A stretch of 64,000 nucleotides of DNA. Source: Camelus dromedarius. Taxonomy: Eukaryota. The translations under genes and the position numbers were made by a program. Shown here piece by piece: positions 1-14,415 of the stretch. The notes under the pieces were generated by a model, which ran no database searches, was not told the origin of the DNA, and saw only the letters and a list, made by a program, of their open reading frames with translations. The stretch is taken from positions 50,718,001-50,782,000 of the forward strand of contig NC_087436.1 in the NCBI RefSeq assembly GCF_036321535.1, written 5' to 3'. Every line of letters begins with the position of its first letter. Position 1 is the first letter of the stretch.

Positions 1-89
1 GTACAGAACTTATAGAGAACAAAAATTAGATTAAAATATGATGAAGGATTAGTAACTGAGTTTAACATTTTTTTCTTTGCTGCTTGCTA

Positions 90-2620
90 ACTTTAAACTT
101 TGAAAATTTTATTAATTGATTTAGTAAATTCACTTAGTAAAGATACACAATGCAATATTACTAACTATAGTCAACATGCTGTACATTACATCCTCATGAC
201 CTATTTTATAACTAGAAGTTTGTCCCCCTTCACCCATTTTGTCCATCCTCCTGCCCTCTGCCTTTGCCAGCCACCAGTCTGTTCTCTGCATCTATGAGCT
301 TGATTGGTTTTTTTAATTGAAGTATAGTCAGTTATAATGTGTCAATTTCTGGTGTACAGCATAATGTTTCAATCATCCATGTACATACATATATTTGTTT
401 TCATATTCTTTTTCATTACAGGTTACTACAAGATATTGAATATAGTTCCCTGTGTTATACAGAAGAAATTTGTTTTATCTATTTTGTATATAGCAATTAG
501 TATTTGCAAATCTTGAACTCCCAATTCATCCCTTCCCACTCCCTTTCCCGCAGTAACCAAAGTTTGTTTACTATGTCTGTGAGTCTATTTGGGTTTTTTT
601 TTATTCCACATATAAGAGACATTATACTGTATCTGTCTTTCTCTGAGTTATTTCTCTTAGCATAATGCTCTCAAGGTCCGTCTGTGTTGTAGCATATGGC
701 AAGATCTTCTTTTCTATGGCCAAATAATATTTCATTTTATAGATATAGATATAGACCTACCATTTTCTTTATCCATTCATCCTTGATGTTGATGAACACT
801 TAGGTTGTTTCCATATCTTGGCTCTTGTAAGTTTAGCTGTCTTGTATATCTTGACTGCAGTGAACATGGAGATTCATACACCTTTTTGAATTAGTGTTTT
901 AATTTTCTTTGTATAAATAACCAGAAGTGGAATTGCTGGATCATATGGTAGTTCTAGTTTTAATTTTTTGAGGAATCTCCTTTCTGTTTTCCATAGTGGC
1001 TACATCAGTATACATTCCCACCAACAGTGCACAAGGGTTCCCTTTTCCCACATCCTCGCTAACACTAATAACATTCTTGTCTTTTTGATAATAGTCATTT
1101 TAACAGGTGGGAGGTGTTACCTCATTGTGGTTTTAATTTGCATTTCCCTGACAATTATTGTTGTTGAGCATCTTTTCGTATACCTGTTGGCCATCTGTAT
1201 GTCTTCTTTGAAAAAATTTCTATTCAGATTCTCTGCCTATTTTTTAATCAAATTGTTTTATTGTGGGGGTTTTCTTTTCTTTTTTTTTTTTTTTGTCTAT
1301 TGAGTTGTATGAATTCCTTATATATTTTGGATATTAACCACTTATCATATATTTGATTTGCAAATAGTGTCTTCCATTTGGCAGGTTGCCTTTTCATTTT
1401 GTTGATGGTTTCCTTTGGTGTGCAGAAGCTTTTTAGTTTGATGTAGTCCCACTTTTTTTTTTTTTTTTAACTTTTGCTGCCTTTGTTTCTGGTATCAAAC
1501 CTAAAACATCATCGCCAATACCAGCATCAAAGAGCTTAACACCTATGTTTTCTTCTAAAAGTTTTATGATTTCAGGTCATAGGTTCAAGTCTTTAATCCA
1601 TTTTGAGTCATTTTTTGTGTATGGTATAGAGGTCCAGCTTTATTTGTTTGCATAAGGCTGTCCAGTTTTCTAAATACCGTTTATTGACAAGATTGTCCTT
1701 TTCCCATTGTATATTCTTGGCTACTTGGTCACAAATTGACCATATGTATATAACTCTATTTCTGGGCTTCAGAATAACAAATGTTCCATTGACCTATGTG
1801 TCTGTTTTTATGCTAATACCATACTATTTTGATTATAATAACTTTGTAATATAGTTTGAAATCAGCAAGTATGATGCCTTTTTTGTTCTTTCTGATCTTT
1901 TTTTATTTTTATTTATCTTTTTTAATTGAAGTATAATTGATTTATAATGTTTCAGGTATACAGCAAAGTGATTCAGTTATGTATATATATTTTCTTTCTC
2001 AGATTCCTTTCCATTATAGATTACTATGAGATATTAAATATAGTTCCTTCTGCTATACAGTAATGCCTTGTTTATTTTGTGTGTAGTGGTGTGTATCTGT
2101 TAATACAAAATTCGTAACTTATCCCTTTCCACCCTTTCCCCTTTGATAACCATAAGTTTGTTCTCTGTGTTCTTGAGTCTATTTCTGTTTTATAACTAAG
2201 TTTATTTGTATCACTTTTTTTAGACTCCACATATAAATGATATCATATGATATTTGTCTTTCTCTGTCTGACTTACTTCGCTTAGTGTGATAATCTCTAG
2301 GTCCATCCGTGTTGCTGCAAATAGCATTATTTCATTCTTTTTTATGGCTGAGCAATAGCCCACTGTATATATATACCACATCTTTTTTATCCAGTCATCT
2401 GTCGATGGACATTTAGATTGCTTCCATGTCTTGGCTATTGTAAATAGTGCTGCTGTGAACAGTGGGGTGCATGTATCTTTTTGAATTAGAGTTTTTGTCT
2501 TTTCCAGATATATGCCTAGGAGTGGGATTGTTAAATCATATGGTAACTCTATTTTTAGTTTCTTTGAGGCACCTGCATACTGTATTCCATGGTGGCTGCA
2601 CCAGTTTACATTCCCACATA
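90..2620 (-). mobile_element. Stacked/nested L1 3' ends and ORF2 C-terminal remnants
   Basis: classic L1 3' sequence (ctcattgtggttttaatttgcatttccctga); younger L1 3' ends at about 310-590 and 1900-2620. Confidence 0.88.
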
Positions 2621-3049
2621 TGACCTTTATTTTTGAAGTATATTATTGTAGGGTATAGACTTCAATTTCACAGGCTTTGCTTCCTTTAAGCTCTTTAAAG
2701 ATGTTCTTTCATTGTCTTTTGGCTTTCTTTACTTCTAATGACAAGCCAGCATAATTCTTATTGTTGTTCCTCTAAATGTAATATGACTATGTTTTTTTAG
2801 ATGATAAAAAAATGTTTCTTGTTCTTTGATTTCTACAGTTTAACTATAATATGACTAGGTATACACTTCCTTGTATTTATCCTCCTTGAGCTTCACTAGA
2901 CTATTTGGACCTGTGTATTGTCTTTCATCCATTTTGGAAAGTCATCCTCTCTTTAAATATTTATTCTGCCCCATTCTCTCTCTCCTCTTCTTCTGGGACT
3001 TCAATTATACATATATCACACTATTTCATATTTTTATTGTTTTTTTTTA

Positions 3050-3425
3050 AATTAATAGCCTTTTAAGGCGTTTTTTTAGGTCTACATAAAAATTGAGTGG
3101 GAAGTACAGAGAGTTCCCATTTAACCTCTCACCCTCATGCACACACAGTTTCCCCTATCATTAACATCTTACATTAATGTGGTATGTTTGTTACAGTTGA
3201 TGAACCAGTGTTGTACATTATTAAAGTCCATAAATTACATTAAGGTTCTCTCTGTGTTACACATTCTCTGGGTTTTGACATGTATAATGATATGCATCCA
3301 CCATTACAGTATCATACAGAATAGTTCCAGTGCCCTAAAAATCTCCTGTGCTCTACCTATTCATTCCTTCCTCTCCCTGGAGCCCCTGGCAACCACTGAT
3401 TTTTTTTTTCACTGTCTTCATAATT
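3050..3425 (-). mobile_element. L1MC-like 3' end fragment
   Basis: homologous to the copy at 62520-62925 (gagttcccat...attaacatct...cagaatagtt...gccctaaaaat). Confidence 0.75.
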
Positions 3426-3449
3426 TCATAAACTGAAAAAAAAATCCCT

Positions 3450-6400
3450 CTTCATTCCTGGAGACCTTCCTCCCAGAGACTTCCGTCTTTCTGCTCCCTC
3501 CTGTGTGGCTGTTTTCCAGGTCTGTGGAAGACTGTCATCCTAGAGCTTCCTTTCAATGCTTTCCTGGTTTGGATACATTGTTTCCAATATTAAAATCCTT
3601 CATCTTTCTTGGTTTCCTCCTGTTTTGCTAGCATATGTCTTCAAGTAACTGCCTAAAAAAAGATACATGAGAGCTTTCAGAGACCTCACATACATGAAAA
3701 AGTTTTTATTCCACTCTCACACTTGATTAGTTGGATATATAATTCTAGATTAGAAATAATATTTTTTAGAATTTTGGAAGGGTTCATCCATTATCTTTTA
3801 GTATCTAGAGTTGCTAATAAGAAATTGTATGCAAATCTTTTTATGATTCATTTGGAAATGGCTTTTTTTAGGATGTGTAGAAGATTTTGGCATCTTCTCT
3901 GTATCCTTGATATTGAAACATTTTACAGTGATAAGTGTAGGTATGGATCTTTTTTCATGCTTTGTGTTGAGCACCTGGTTGACCTTTTCAATCTGAACCC
4001 CAAGAAAGTTGCATATTATTTCCTTGACAATTTCCTCCCTCCCCTCCTTTTTTTTTTTTTTTCTTTATTCTCTTTTCCAAGCAGATATTGGGCAACGTGG
4101 ACTGGTTTTAGCTCATATTTACCACCACTTTACGTTGCTTTCTATTCTAGATTTCCTTTACTTCCTATTTCATCTTTCATTTTCCCAGTTTTTCATTTCA
4201 GCAATCATACTTATTTTATCTCCAAGGACTTTTCTTGTTCTCTAACTATTCTTTTCATATAGCATTCTATTCTTATTTTTTGTATATTCTCAAGTCTCTG
4301 AGGATATAATTTATAATTTTTTGTCATATTTTATTCTGGTCCCTGAATTATCTGTTTCTTCTGAGGTCAGTTTTTCAGTTTATTTTGTTTGACTTTTTGT
4401 TTTCATACTGCTGGGGTTTGTTTTATGTTAGTGATCTTGGCTGTCTGATATTTAAGAAGAAAGGTCTCAATAGCTTATGTGGATATACTGTGCTATCCTG
4501 AAGGTAGGATTGTTTTCTTGTCAAGTCCCTCCTCTGAGACCAAATTCTGCCTGGCACAGGGGAGGACAGTACTTTATTGACTGACAGGCTTTGTTGTGGT
4601 CAGTGGTCATAGAGTTGACTATGAGGGGTTTCCACATGCCAGAATGAGTTATTTTTACTCTGGAACTCCAATAATCATGCTTAAAGCTTTAGATCTTTCT
4701 TTAATAATCCATTCAATTACTAAAAGTATGATACATGTTAGCAGTCTCTAAGCACAGGAATGGAAAGAGGAGTAAAGTTGCTGACTGGTGCTGTTGTACC
4801 ATGTAAAAACCCTTGATTAATTTCCATCTTTTAGTCCCCCTTTCTCATTACTGCCTTTAGCTGTATACTGTTTCTAAGGTCAAAAATTCCTTCAGTTTCC
4901 AATGTCAAATGGATTTCTTTTGTAGGTACCTCACATACTTAAGGCTGCAACTTTCTGTACCTGTTTCCATCCTTCAGCCTGGTCCTATCTGCTTTCATCT
5001 CCCAGAAATGTGTGATGACCACTCTCTCTTCTCCCCTAGTTCTCTTCATGGTGGTATCTCTATTCCTTTTTATATTTCTATATTTTTATTTCAGTTAAGC
5101 CTCATGTGCTTTGTCTGCCATCTTGAACTAGCTTGGTTTTGATTTTATGTCCTTTTCTCCCTTCACCCCACCTGTTTCACTTAATCAGAACTCTCATTCA
5201 TTTAGTTTATCAGCTCTCAAGTTGGTGTTGGGCAAGATAGCAAAAAGATTAATTTCAAGGGATATGCTTATTTACTCAAATAAATATCTGGTTAATAAAA
5301 TTCCATGAAATATTACTGGTTTTAGGGAAAAAAATACATGATGCAGAGAAAAATTTTGTAGCCCTGCTGAAAGAAAGAAGTTAGGAGGAATAGAGCCCAA
5401 CAAATCTTCCAGGTAATTTTCTGCCTGAAGCATCCTCCTCTTCACTTATATCCAGGTATATCTTCTATTTCAGCTATTAAAATGGGAGCGGGGAAATTAC
5501 AGCCCATGGACCAAATCCGGTTCCCTCAACAATATTTTGTTATTCTTATTGCTCTTAATGATCTTAAGCTTTTTTTAAGAAACTGAGACAAAGTGAGAAA
5601 AAATATATGTATATTTGGTCTTTTATACTTAGACATTTATTTCTCATTTTCAGTGCCCTTTTTTCTTTCTTATTGGTTCAGATTATCAACTTCTATCATT
5701 TCCTTTCAACTTAAAGCTTTTCTTAAGTATTTCTTTAGCAAAGATGAATTCTCTTTATTTTTGTTTGGGAATGTCTTTATTTCAGCTTCATTTTGAAGGA
5801 TAATTTTACTGTATATAGGATTCTTGATTGATGGGGTTTTTCCCTGTACTTTTAAAACAAGATTTCACTGCTTTCTGGCCTCCATTTTTCCTGATGAAAA
5901 TGCTGCTGTTAATTGTATTATTGTCCCCCTCTACATGATGAGTCATTTCTCTTGCCACTGCCAAGATTTTCCTTTGTCTTTGGCTGTCAGCAGTTTGACA
6001 GTGACGTCTCTAGGTATGGATCTTTTTGTGTTTTTTTCTACTTGGGATTTATCGAGCTTCTTACATCTATAGGTTAATGTTTTTCATTAAATTTGGAAAT
6101 TTGGACATTAGATTTTCAAATATTTTTCTTCCCCTTTATCTCCCTCTGTTTTCTCCTCCTGTTTTCTCTCTCCCTTATGCATATATTAATACTCTTGATG
6201 GTATACTATTGGTGTCTGAGGCACTGTTTATTTTTCTTCGTTACGTTTTGCTTTTTGTTCTTCAGATTCATTCATCTCTATTGATCTATTTTCAAGTTTG
6301 CTGATATTTTCTTTCACGGACTCAAATATGCTGTTGAGCCTCTCCAGTGATTTTTTTCATTTCAGTTGTTATTTGTTTCAATTCCAGATTTTCTTTAAAA

Positions 6401-9290
6401 AAAAAATGGGGGGAGGGTATATATAGCTCAGTGCTAGTGTGTGCTGAGCATGCACAAAGTCCTGGGCTCAATCCCCAGTACCTCCATTAAAAATAAATAA
6501 ATAAATAATAAATAAACCTAATTACCTCCCCCACCAAAAAATAAGTAGAAAAAAATAAAAATAAAATTTTAAAAAATGGGAGTTGTCCTGTCTAAAGTTA
6601 TGGATCTCCATTAGATAATTTCTTGTAATTTTTTAAAATTCAGTTTATTTAAACTAAAAATAAAAACAATTCACCCATTTCTCCCATGCCTCTTTTTATT
6701 TTAAAGTAAAGTTTATTTATTGATTGATATTCTCTATTAAATGGCACATTTTGTCCTATTTTAATAATTTGTACATATTTATAATAAGTATTTTGAACAC
6801 TTTGTAAATCCACACCTAGACTCACTTCCTACTGATTGCTTTTTTTCCTGAGTATGGATCATACTTATGTGTTTCTTACTATGTCTAGTAAGTTTGATTG
6901 AAAAGTAAATATTTTAATTACATATTGTTGGAACTTTGGATTCAGTTTTATTTTTTAAGGTTTTTGTTGTTATTATTGTTGTTTTGGTAACTCTGATGTA
7001 CTTAAACTGTGGATTTTAACCTGCCCCATGGTTTGCAGTGGCCAATGGCTCTTATCAATTTTTGTTTGTTTATTTGTTTTTAGCCTATCTTCCTAGGGGT
7101 TTCCCTTTTGTCTGCATATCTTAGTAGTCACCTAATGATCTGAGAGAGGCTTTATATTCAGGCCAGTAAGGCTTCCACTCTCTGCCAAGTGATATGTAGG
7201 TAGGTTGAAGAATGCATTCAAAGTTGCTGCTAGTACTCAAGTCTTACATTTTTTACTTTTTGCCATACTCTCTTGAGTCTTCCCTGCACTTGCATACTTT
7301 CCCAATTAGCCATTATCTCAGCCATTCTATAACTCTTTCATATCCAATATCTCCCAGTCAAATCTTTGGCTGGTCTACCAATACCCCCAACTTGGACTGC
7401 AGCCTCAAACTAGCAAAACTGCATGTTTTCTCTGTCCATTCCCAAGTCAGTCTGCCCCTTGTAGCCAGCAGTGTCATGGGTTTTCTGCCTCCACTCCATA
7501 TCAAATTCATCCACCTCCTCTGGCAGGAAAGCTGCTGGTTTTTATATCCAACTCCATGCTGATAAAACTAGTTTTTCCCAACTGAGTTGGAGTTGGGGAG
7601 AAGGATGAAAGGAATGGTTAACAGTCCCAGGCAAGAAGGCCTCAGGCTCTCACTGATTGTACTTAAACTCCAGCATTTTTTCTTTCAAGAATAAATGCTT
7701 CTCAATTTGATAACTGCCTTTGGTCATTTTTCAGGGTCCTGAAATGGTTGTTTTTATTATTTTGTATAGTTTTATATGTAAGCCTTTTTTATTGAAATAA
7801 ACTGCCAACCATTTCTTGTTATTATTATTGGAAACCTCATATCCAGCTTATTTTTATATCCCCAATTTAGCAATTTTGATTAGTTACTTGTTATACAGTC
7901 AAACACTTGTTTAGACTAACCTACATGTTTACAATTTTTTTGTTCATTTTTCCTTCCTTTTGAGTCCTAAAAATGTATCTTCTAATAGTTTTCCCCCAGT
8001 AAAAATGGAATATATTCTTAGGTATATTTGCTTGACAATATCTTTAGTTTTGTCCTTTTCTTGAATAATAGTTTAACTTGCTGCAGAATTCAACGTTGGG
8101 TATTTTATCTCTGCACTTTGAAGACCTTATTTCTTTATCTTCCAGTTTTTATTGTTGCTGTTGAGAATTCAGAATCTCCTATAATGTTTATTTCTTTATG
8201 ACTAATTTATCTTTTTTCTCTCTAGATCATTTCAGACCTTATTTTTGCTTTTGGTGGTCTACTTTCTCAACATTGTATCTAAGTATCTATTTATTTTTAT
8301 TTAATCCTGGTAAGAACATATTTTTCTTCCTGTGTCCAGATCAATACAGGATCAATTAAAACTATAATCAGTTCTGTATATTTGTTAAGCCAATTATCTC
8401 CTCAAATATTGTCTCTTCTTCACTCTTTGAATTCTGTTTATGAAACTACCATTAGATATATTTTACATCTTTTCCAAAATCTAAATATCTCATATTTTCC
8501 ACCTCATTTTTCTTTTTATGCTATACTCTTTCTTGGTAATTTCCTCATATCTACCAGTTTACTGTATTTCTTTTTTTAGCTGTATCTAGCCTGCTATTTA
8601 AGGTATCTAGTGATTTTTGAAATTTCAATAATTTTTAAATTTCTTTCTAAATGTTCTGTTTGATTCTTTTACACTGCCTCCAGATATTTGTTTTCTTATG
8701 TCTTAAGTATTTTTTAATTCTATTGAGCTTCTTTGAAAATACATATTTTATATTGTCTATCTAGTGGTTCTGTTAGCTAAAGTTTTTGTGTATCCCATTC
8801 TTTGTTGTATCTATCAACTTTTGCTCATAGAGAATTACTTCTTATTTTCTAAGCTTTTATTATAAATTCAGATTCAGTGAGGCTTTATCTTTGAGACTTC
8901 ATGCAGTCTAGAATCAGGAGTGTCTACTGGGGATATTTTGAACTAGTATCTACCAAGTGCGCTAGGGATAGTTCCATGGGAAGATACTTCTTAGGCCAGG
9001 TTTAGGATTTGGCGTTCCTGAAACATGCAAATCATGTAAATTTGAGCCCAAAACATGTTCGTTGAGGCCTATATAAATCTCAGAAGTGATTTTGGCACCC
9101 AGAGACCAACTAAGACAAACAGTCTGCCTTGTCTTCTCCCTGTGTCAGTAGAATGATAATTTCTGGTCCATTCTTTTAATGAGAGTTCCTCCTTCAAGGG
9201 TTCCAGTTTTGTGGAATGATAATAGTCAGAGAGGAGGAGACAAGAATCTTATTTCTAACTTCCTGCCTTGAATTTCTCAAAATCCTTCTC
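3450..9290 (-). mobile_element. Old, degraded L1M fragments (ORF1/5' region) with insertions
   Basis: T-rich antisense L1 ORF1-like tracts (e.g. 5740-6390, 7990-8800); boundaries approximate. Confidence 0.6.
6411..6570 (+). mobile_element. tRNA-derived SINE (camelid Vic-1-like)
   Basis: A box tagctcagtg, B box ggctcaatcc, A-rich tail, target-site duplication aaaaaatggg at 6401-6410 and 6571-6580. Confidence 0.88.
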
Positions 9291-10104
9291 TTTTACCTTT
9301 GGTAGTTTGATGCTACCAAAAATAGGTCACAACTAAAGAATGTACTTAAACTATTTTAAGGACCTGAAAAAAACATTAGAAATTGTGATTTATAGTAAAT
9401 GAAGGTGGCTATTTAATTTGCAGATGGCAGTTTGTAGTATAACCTTCTGTCGTTTACAGAAACGTATGGATTCCTCCTGTGATTAGGGACTTCCCTTAGT
9501 ACCTAGTTGACAGAAACAAGATTTCTGCTACCTTATGATTACTCATCCTGTCCACCACTACATCCTATACATAATCTAAGATACTTTATATTCTCCCAAA
9601 GACCAGGTTTACTTCTTTCTCAGCCTTTATCCCCTTAGTAATTTGTACCAAACATTAACTGACTTATTCTTTCAATACAAATATTTACTCTGCTCCCGTT
9701 AAAAAACGTAGCACACCGCCACTATGATCTTCAGTAAATCTGAGAATTCTCATGACAACCAATCATTTTATTCCTGCTGAAAAAGCTACTTTAAAACATA
9801 AAAATGAAATAAATCTCATCATACTGCCATGACATTTTTTAAATGTCACATGAGAAAAGTTTACTACTTTAAAGGATTCATTTGTTGTTTAAAATATTTT
9901 TTAATAAAAATACTTTTAATTGACAGGGACTTTAGAATATATGTTAAAGAGACATTTCTTTAACCATACGAGCAAGCAACATTAGTCTACATTATGTATC
10001 ATCATATAGGATCAGGTATTAATATATTTGATCAAATTCCTCTTTTATATGTATATATCTATGTCTAGGTAGATATATAGATATGTGCTTTTTTCATATT
10101 TCAG

Positions 10105-10275
10105 GAGTTATGCTTTTTATGCTATGGTGTGTAACCTGGTCATTATCAGGCCCTGAAGCCCTTCCTGGTGGAAGTTTATTTGGACTATTAATTATCTTTT
10201 ATAGTGCCATTATTGGGGGGGAACTTTTGGAAGTCATTAAAATGCCTTCAGTGCCTCAACTTCCTCCTCTTCTTG
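10105..10275 (+). CDS. SLC9B1: SLC9B1 internal coding exon (first in window), (G)VMLFMLWCVTWSLSGPEALPGGSLFGLLIIFYSAIIGGELLEVIKMPSVPQLPPLL(G)
   Basis: tttcag| acceptor, G|gtaagt donor, 171 nt, phase 1/1; peptide recognisable as NHA-family TM region ending in PPLLG. Confidence 0.95.
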
Positions 10276-11464
10276 GTAAGTTAATAATTAGCTCTTATTT
10301 CTTTGTCACTGACTACATGTAAATTATGACTATATTCTAGGCAGAGTAGATATAATTTAGAACTTTTTCGGTGTAATATGATCTATATAGCTTTTTATAT
10401 GTGTATTTACTATACATGTATATATCTAGCTCTATTCTCTATACACACACAGATTTTTCCTGAAATATATTTTTAAATAATTTAAATATACTCAATATAT
10501 GATTCTTGTTGCTTTATCATTTATTTAATAGGACATTTTTTACTTACCTTTAAATGTATTATAAAACAGAAAAAATTTGAAAAAGACTGAATTTTTCTGT
10601 AGATAACCTAACTCAAATACAACTACGAGATTCAAATACTGTAGTGACTAGGGCACCAAAAGTTTTTGTAATTTTGAAGTAAGCTGTTTGGACATCTCCA
10701 CTATGTGTATTCATGGCTGTATCATCTGCCTAAACAATGTTATACCCTGTTTCTTCATCACTATTATTATATAACTCTCCAGGTAGACAGGAAAATTAGT
10801 GGAAAAACTTTTATTAGAGGTGTCTTGTATCTTCTAAGTATTCAGTACATTCAGACATTTAGTACACTGTCAATAGAGGTGATCACTCCCTCTTATCTCT
10901 AACACCCTTTCTGTGTTCATAACACCCTTTCAGCGCCTCCCAGGTATTCACTGAATCTTTTTTCTTCCTCTCCAAAACTTCTGCTCTTGACCTAACTCGG
11001 GCTGTTTGTTTCTGACTATTCCATGGACTATGGCAGAGTCTTCTGATTGGTCTCTCCTACAGTTTTATGTCTATCTAATTTACTGAGACCATCACAAAGA
11101 AAATGATAGACTCATTATCTCACTTCCTGCCTGAAACTTTCCCATGGGTCCTCCCTCTGCCAAAGCAGGGGAGGTAGCAGGCAGGGGTAGCTTTTCATGA
11201 TCTGGCCCCTCCTGCCCACTCTACCACTCCCATCCTAGTCCTCTATGTTCAGCAATACTGAATTACTTGTTGCACCCCACTAAAGTATGTTATTTCTTAC
11301 CTCCATTCCTTTATTTATGCTGTCTCCTCTACTTGTATGTAACCTGCCCTTCACCAGAGTAACAAGAGACATAGTATGTTTGAAGAAGGGAAATTAAATA
11401 TTTTTGTTTTCTCTCTTGGAAAAATGAACTGAATCAGACATGGTTTATTTTTTTTTCCTCTAAG

Positions 11465-11607
11465 GGATGTTACTGGCTGGTTTTACCGTTAGGAATGTTC
11501 CATTCCTCAGTGATATCGTCCATCTTAGTAACACATTATCTTCAACGTTAAGAAACACTGCCCTTACCATTGTTCTAGTGCAAGCTGGGCTTGGACTCGA
11601 TCCACAG
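11465..11607 (+). CDS. SLC9B1: SLC9B1 coding exon, (G)MLLAGFTVRNVPFLSDIVHLSNTLSSTLRNTALTIVLVQAGLGLDPQ
   Basis: polypyrimidine + ctaag| acceptor, CAG|gtagat donor, 143 nt, phase 1/0; GMLLAGF and AGLGLD motifs of NHA1/2. Confidence 0.95.
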
Positions 11608-12713
11608 GTAGATTTCCAGTTATACCTTGAGTATAGTTGTTTTAAATATTGGAGGCTTGTGGAAAAGAAAGAGTCAGAATTTCTGTTATAGCTGTTCTAG
11701 GTAGAGCAAAACCAAGATAAAGAAGAGAAATTTTACAGAAATATTTGTATGTTAATTTTACTTCTGGTCATCATATTACCAATATGAAGAGAAATCACTG
11801 TGATGTACGATCTCTGTTAGAGATAGTCTTTACTTACTTACATAGAGCTAAATGTCCCTCCTACAATATTTATTATTTGGGAGTTGTGGCTTTTCTGTGA
11901 AGAATTATTTACTTTTCAGTTAACAAAGGATTAGGTCATCCCATAAAAGGTTATGGCTTTTGTTTTTTCAGAATGATTAAAATTTTCAATAATATTACCG
12001 TTTAATGAATTTTTTCCCACAGAATTATGTTCTTGATTATCTGTGCTTTACTGTAAAAGCTAATTTTTTAAAATGTTTCTTAAAATATTACTATTTAGGG
12101 ATCATAAATCTGTTTGGGTTTTTAAAGATATCTGTTCATGAATATAACAACTATTCAGAATATAACAAATGTGGCAAATATGTAAGATTGGGGGAAGCAT
12201 CTCAAGAACAAAAATAATTATAGACAGTGATAATTTATCATATTATGCAGTAGAAAATTTGAACCAGTGAGAAAATTTAAAAGTTCTCCTTTTTAGACAG
12301 TTATGCAGTTTTTAAGTGATTCTCTCTTTTGGCATGTTATAACTATTAAGCTAATCAAACAGTTCATCCCTAAAAGTTAACTGTTAGAAATAAATCTATA
12401 GGATACTTTCATTGTACTATTTACTAGGAAGATTGAGGAAGGTAGAAATAGTTCTTTAATCACAGGGAAAGGGGTCTTTTTTAAATAACTAAAAACAACA
12501 GTGTTTTATAAAATATAAAATAGTTTATCATTTAATATATGATGACATATAAAATGAGCTGTATTAGCAATTCAAGCCCAATGGGACATCTGGGAGGTTT
12601 AGTTTAGTAAAAGATTATTACCCAGATAAGACTACATATTTTAATATTTGCTTAAATAATTTTTTTGTTGGTCATTATAAGCTTGTCTAAATGTGACTAT
12701 GTTTATATTTCAG

Positions 12714-12841
12714 GCTTTGAAGCATTTGAAGGGAGTTTGTTTAAGATTGTCTATGGGTCCATGCCTCATAGAGGCATGTTCAGCTGCTGTTATTTCCCAC
12801 TTCGTTATGAATTTTCCTTGGCAATGGGGATTTCTATTAGG
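12714..12841 (+). CDS. SLC9B1: SLC9B1 coding exon, ALKHLKGVCLRLSMGPCLIEACSAAVISHFVMNFPWQWGFLL(G)
   Basis: tttcag| acceptor, GG|gtaact donor, 128 nt, phase 0/2; translated by hand (the ORF track shows another frame). Confidence 0.95.
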
Positions 12842-14257
12842 GTAACTTTTTCTCATTTTTCCCTGTGAAAATGTTCAGTTAAAAATGCTTTGTTTAAAAT
12901 GATTGACATATTCAGAATATTGTATAGACAAGCTTATCATTAAAATTCTCTTCACAATAGGAGAAAATCTTGGAAATCGGTTGGTCACAAACAGAGCCAT
13001 GTCCTCAGTCTACTGTATGCTTGACAAAATATTCATAGTCCCTGAATGCTTAATGCCAAGATAATTCACTTTATCAGTTTATTTTTTCTCTCCTATATTG
13101 TAATCTATCTCATTTTTTAATCTGTCTAATGGCCTCTTCCTTATATACAATATGTACACATATATATAGTAAGCATGTATTATTTATAATATGTATTGTA
13201 TATGTGAAAGGTATAAATATTATAACAAAAAAACAAGCAAAGCAAACACTATTTTCCTAGATCCACTGTCCCATCTGTTACTATCCACTGTATACTTCCC
13301 TTCATGTCCAAATTCCTCAGAATAATAATCTGTAATCACTATGTCTATATCCTGAACTTCTCTCCATTTTTCAATACATTTAACTTTTGCATTCACTTGT
13401 GCATTCCAACAAAATTTATAGCAAAGTTCACTCATTACATACTTGCTGCCAAATCCAATGGATTTTTTAAATTAATTTTTATTATAAAAGTAATACACAA
13501 GTACATTTTCCTTTTGAAAAGTTAAAACTTTACAGATAAAATTAAAAAGCCCTCTGACCATGCCTTTAAATCCTAGTGCTCATATCCATACCCAAAGTGA
13601 TAACTCCTATGAGTTTTATATTATCATTTTAGACCTTTAAAAATAATACTCTAAGCTGTTAAAAAAGAATTACATGTGGTGTATATCATATATAAAAATA
13701 ATATTGTAATTCATGAAATGGGTATGATTTATATAAAAATATACAAATAATACTTTTTTCTTTGGAGATATTTTTGTGTGTTTTTATAGAAATCATATCT
13801 CTTTATCTGTGATTGGCCTTTTCATATCCTTTGTTCATTTTTCTATTGAGTTATTATTCTCCTTCTTACTGATTATATCAATGTTTTGTCTACGGGTATT
13901 ACAAATGTCTCAGTACATCACTAGATATTTAACTTTGCTTATAGTGACTGTATTACTCTATAAAGGGTAATTTTTAAATTTTTTTTTATTGAAGTATAGT
14001 CAGTTTACAATTAAAAAGGGTATTTTATTATTTCTAACAGATAGAAGGGCCAATACATAAAAATATTCACTTGACCTTGAAAATCAAAAGGAAAAAAAGG
14101 AGGGAGGCAAAATATGGCTGCTTTAAAGATATATATATATAATATATATTATATATATAAAATCAAACTAATTTTTAATTTGTTTTTTAAGTAATCTTTT
14201 TTTTTTTTTTTCTTTTTGGAAGTTTAGATTTCTGAATTTTTTCAATAAAGAGCTTCT

Positions 14258-14415
14258 TGCTACACTAAATATATTCTTTGGACAGCAACATTAGTATCAC
14301 CTAAAAGCTTGTTAGAAATGCAAAATTTGGGGCCTCACCCCAGATCTTTTCAAGTAGAATCTGCATTTTAGTGAGATCCTCATGTAATTTGTTTACATAT
14401 TAAAATTTGAAAGAA
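14258..14415. mobile_element. MER5-like hAT-Charlie DNA transposon fossil
   Basis: gcttgttagaaatgca...ccccaga...agaatctgcatttta signature. Confidence 0.75.

Noticed and set aside
3723..4262. 179-aa hydrophobic ORF (and similar F/L/I-rich ORFs such as 968-1303)
   Set aside because: Antisense reading of T-rich L1 remnants; no consistent exon structure
6411..6486. tRNA-like sequence
   Set aside because: Has an A-rich tail, TSD and dispersed copies, so it is a SINE rather than a tRNA gene
14148..14160. (AT)n run and other poly(T)/(CA)n tracts
   Set aside because: Ordinary microsatellites
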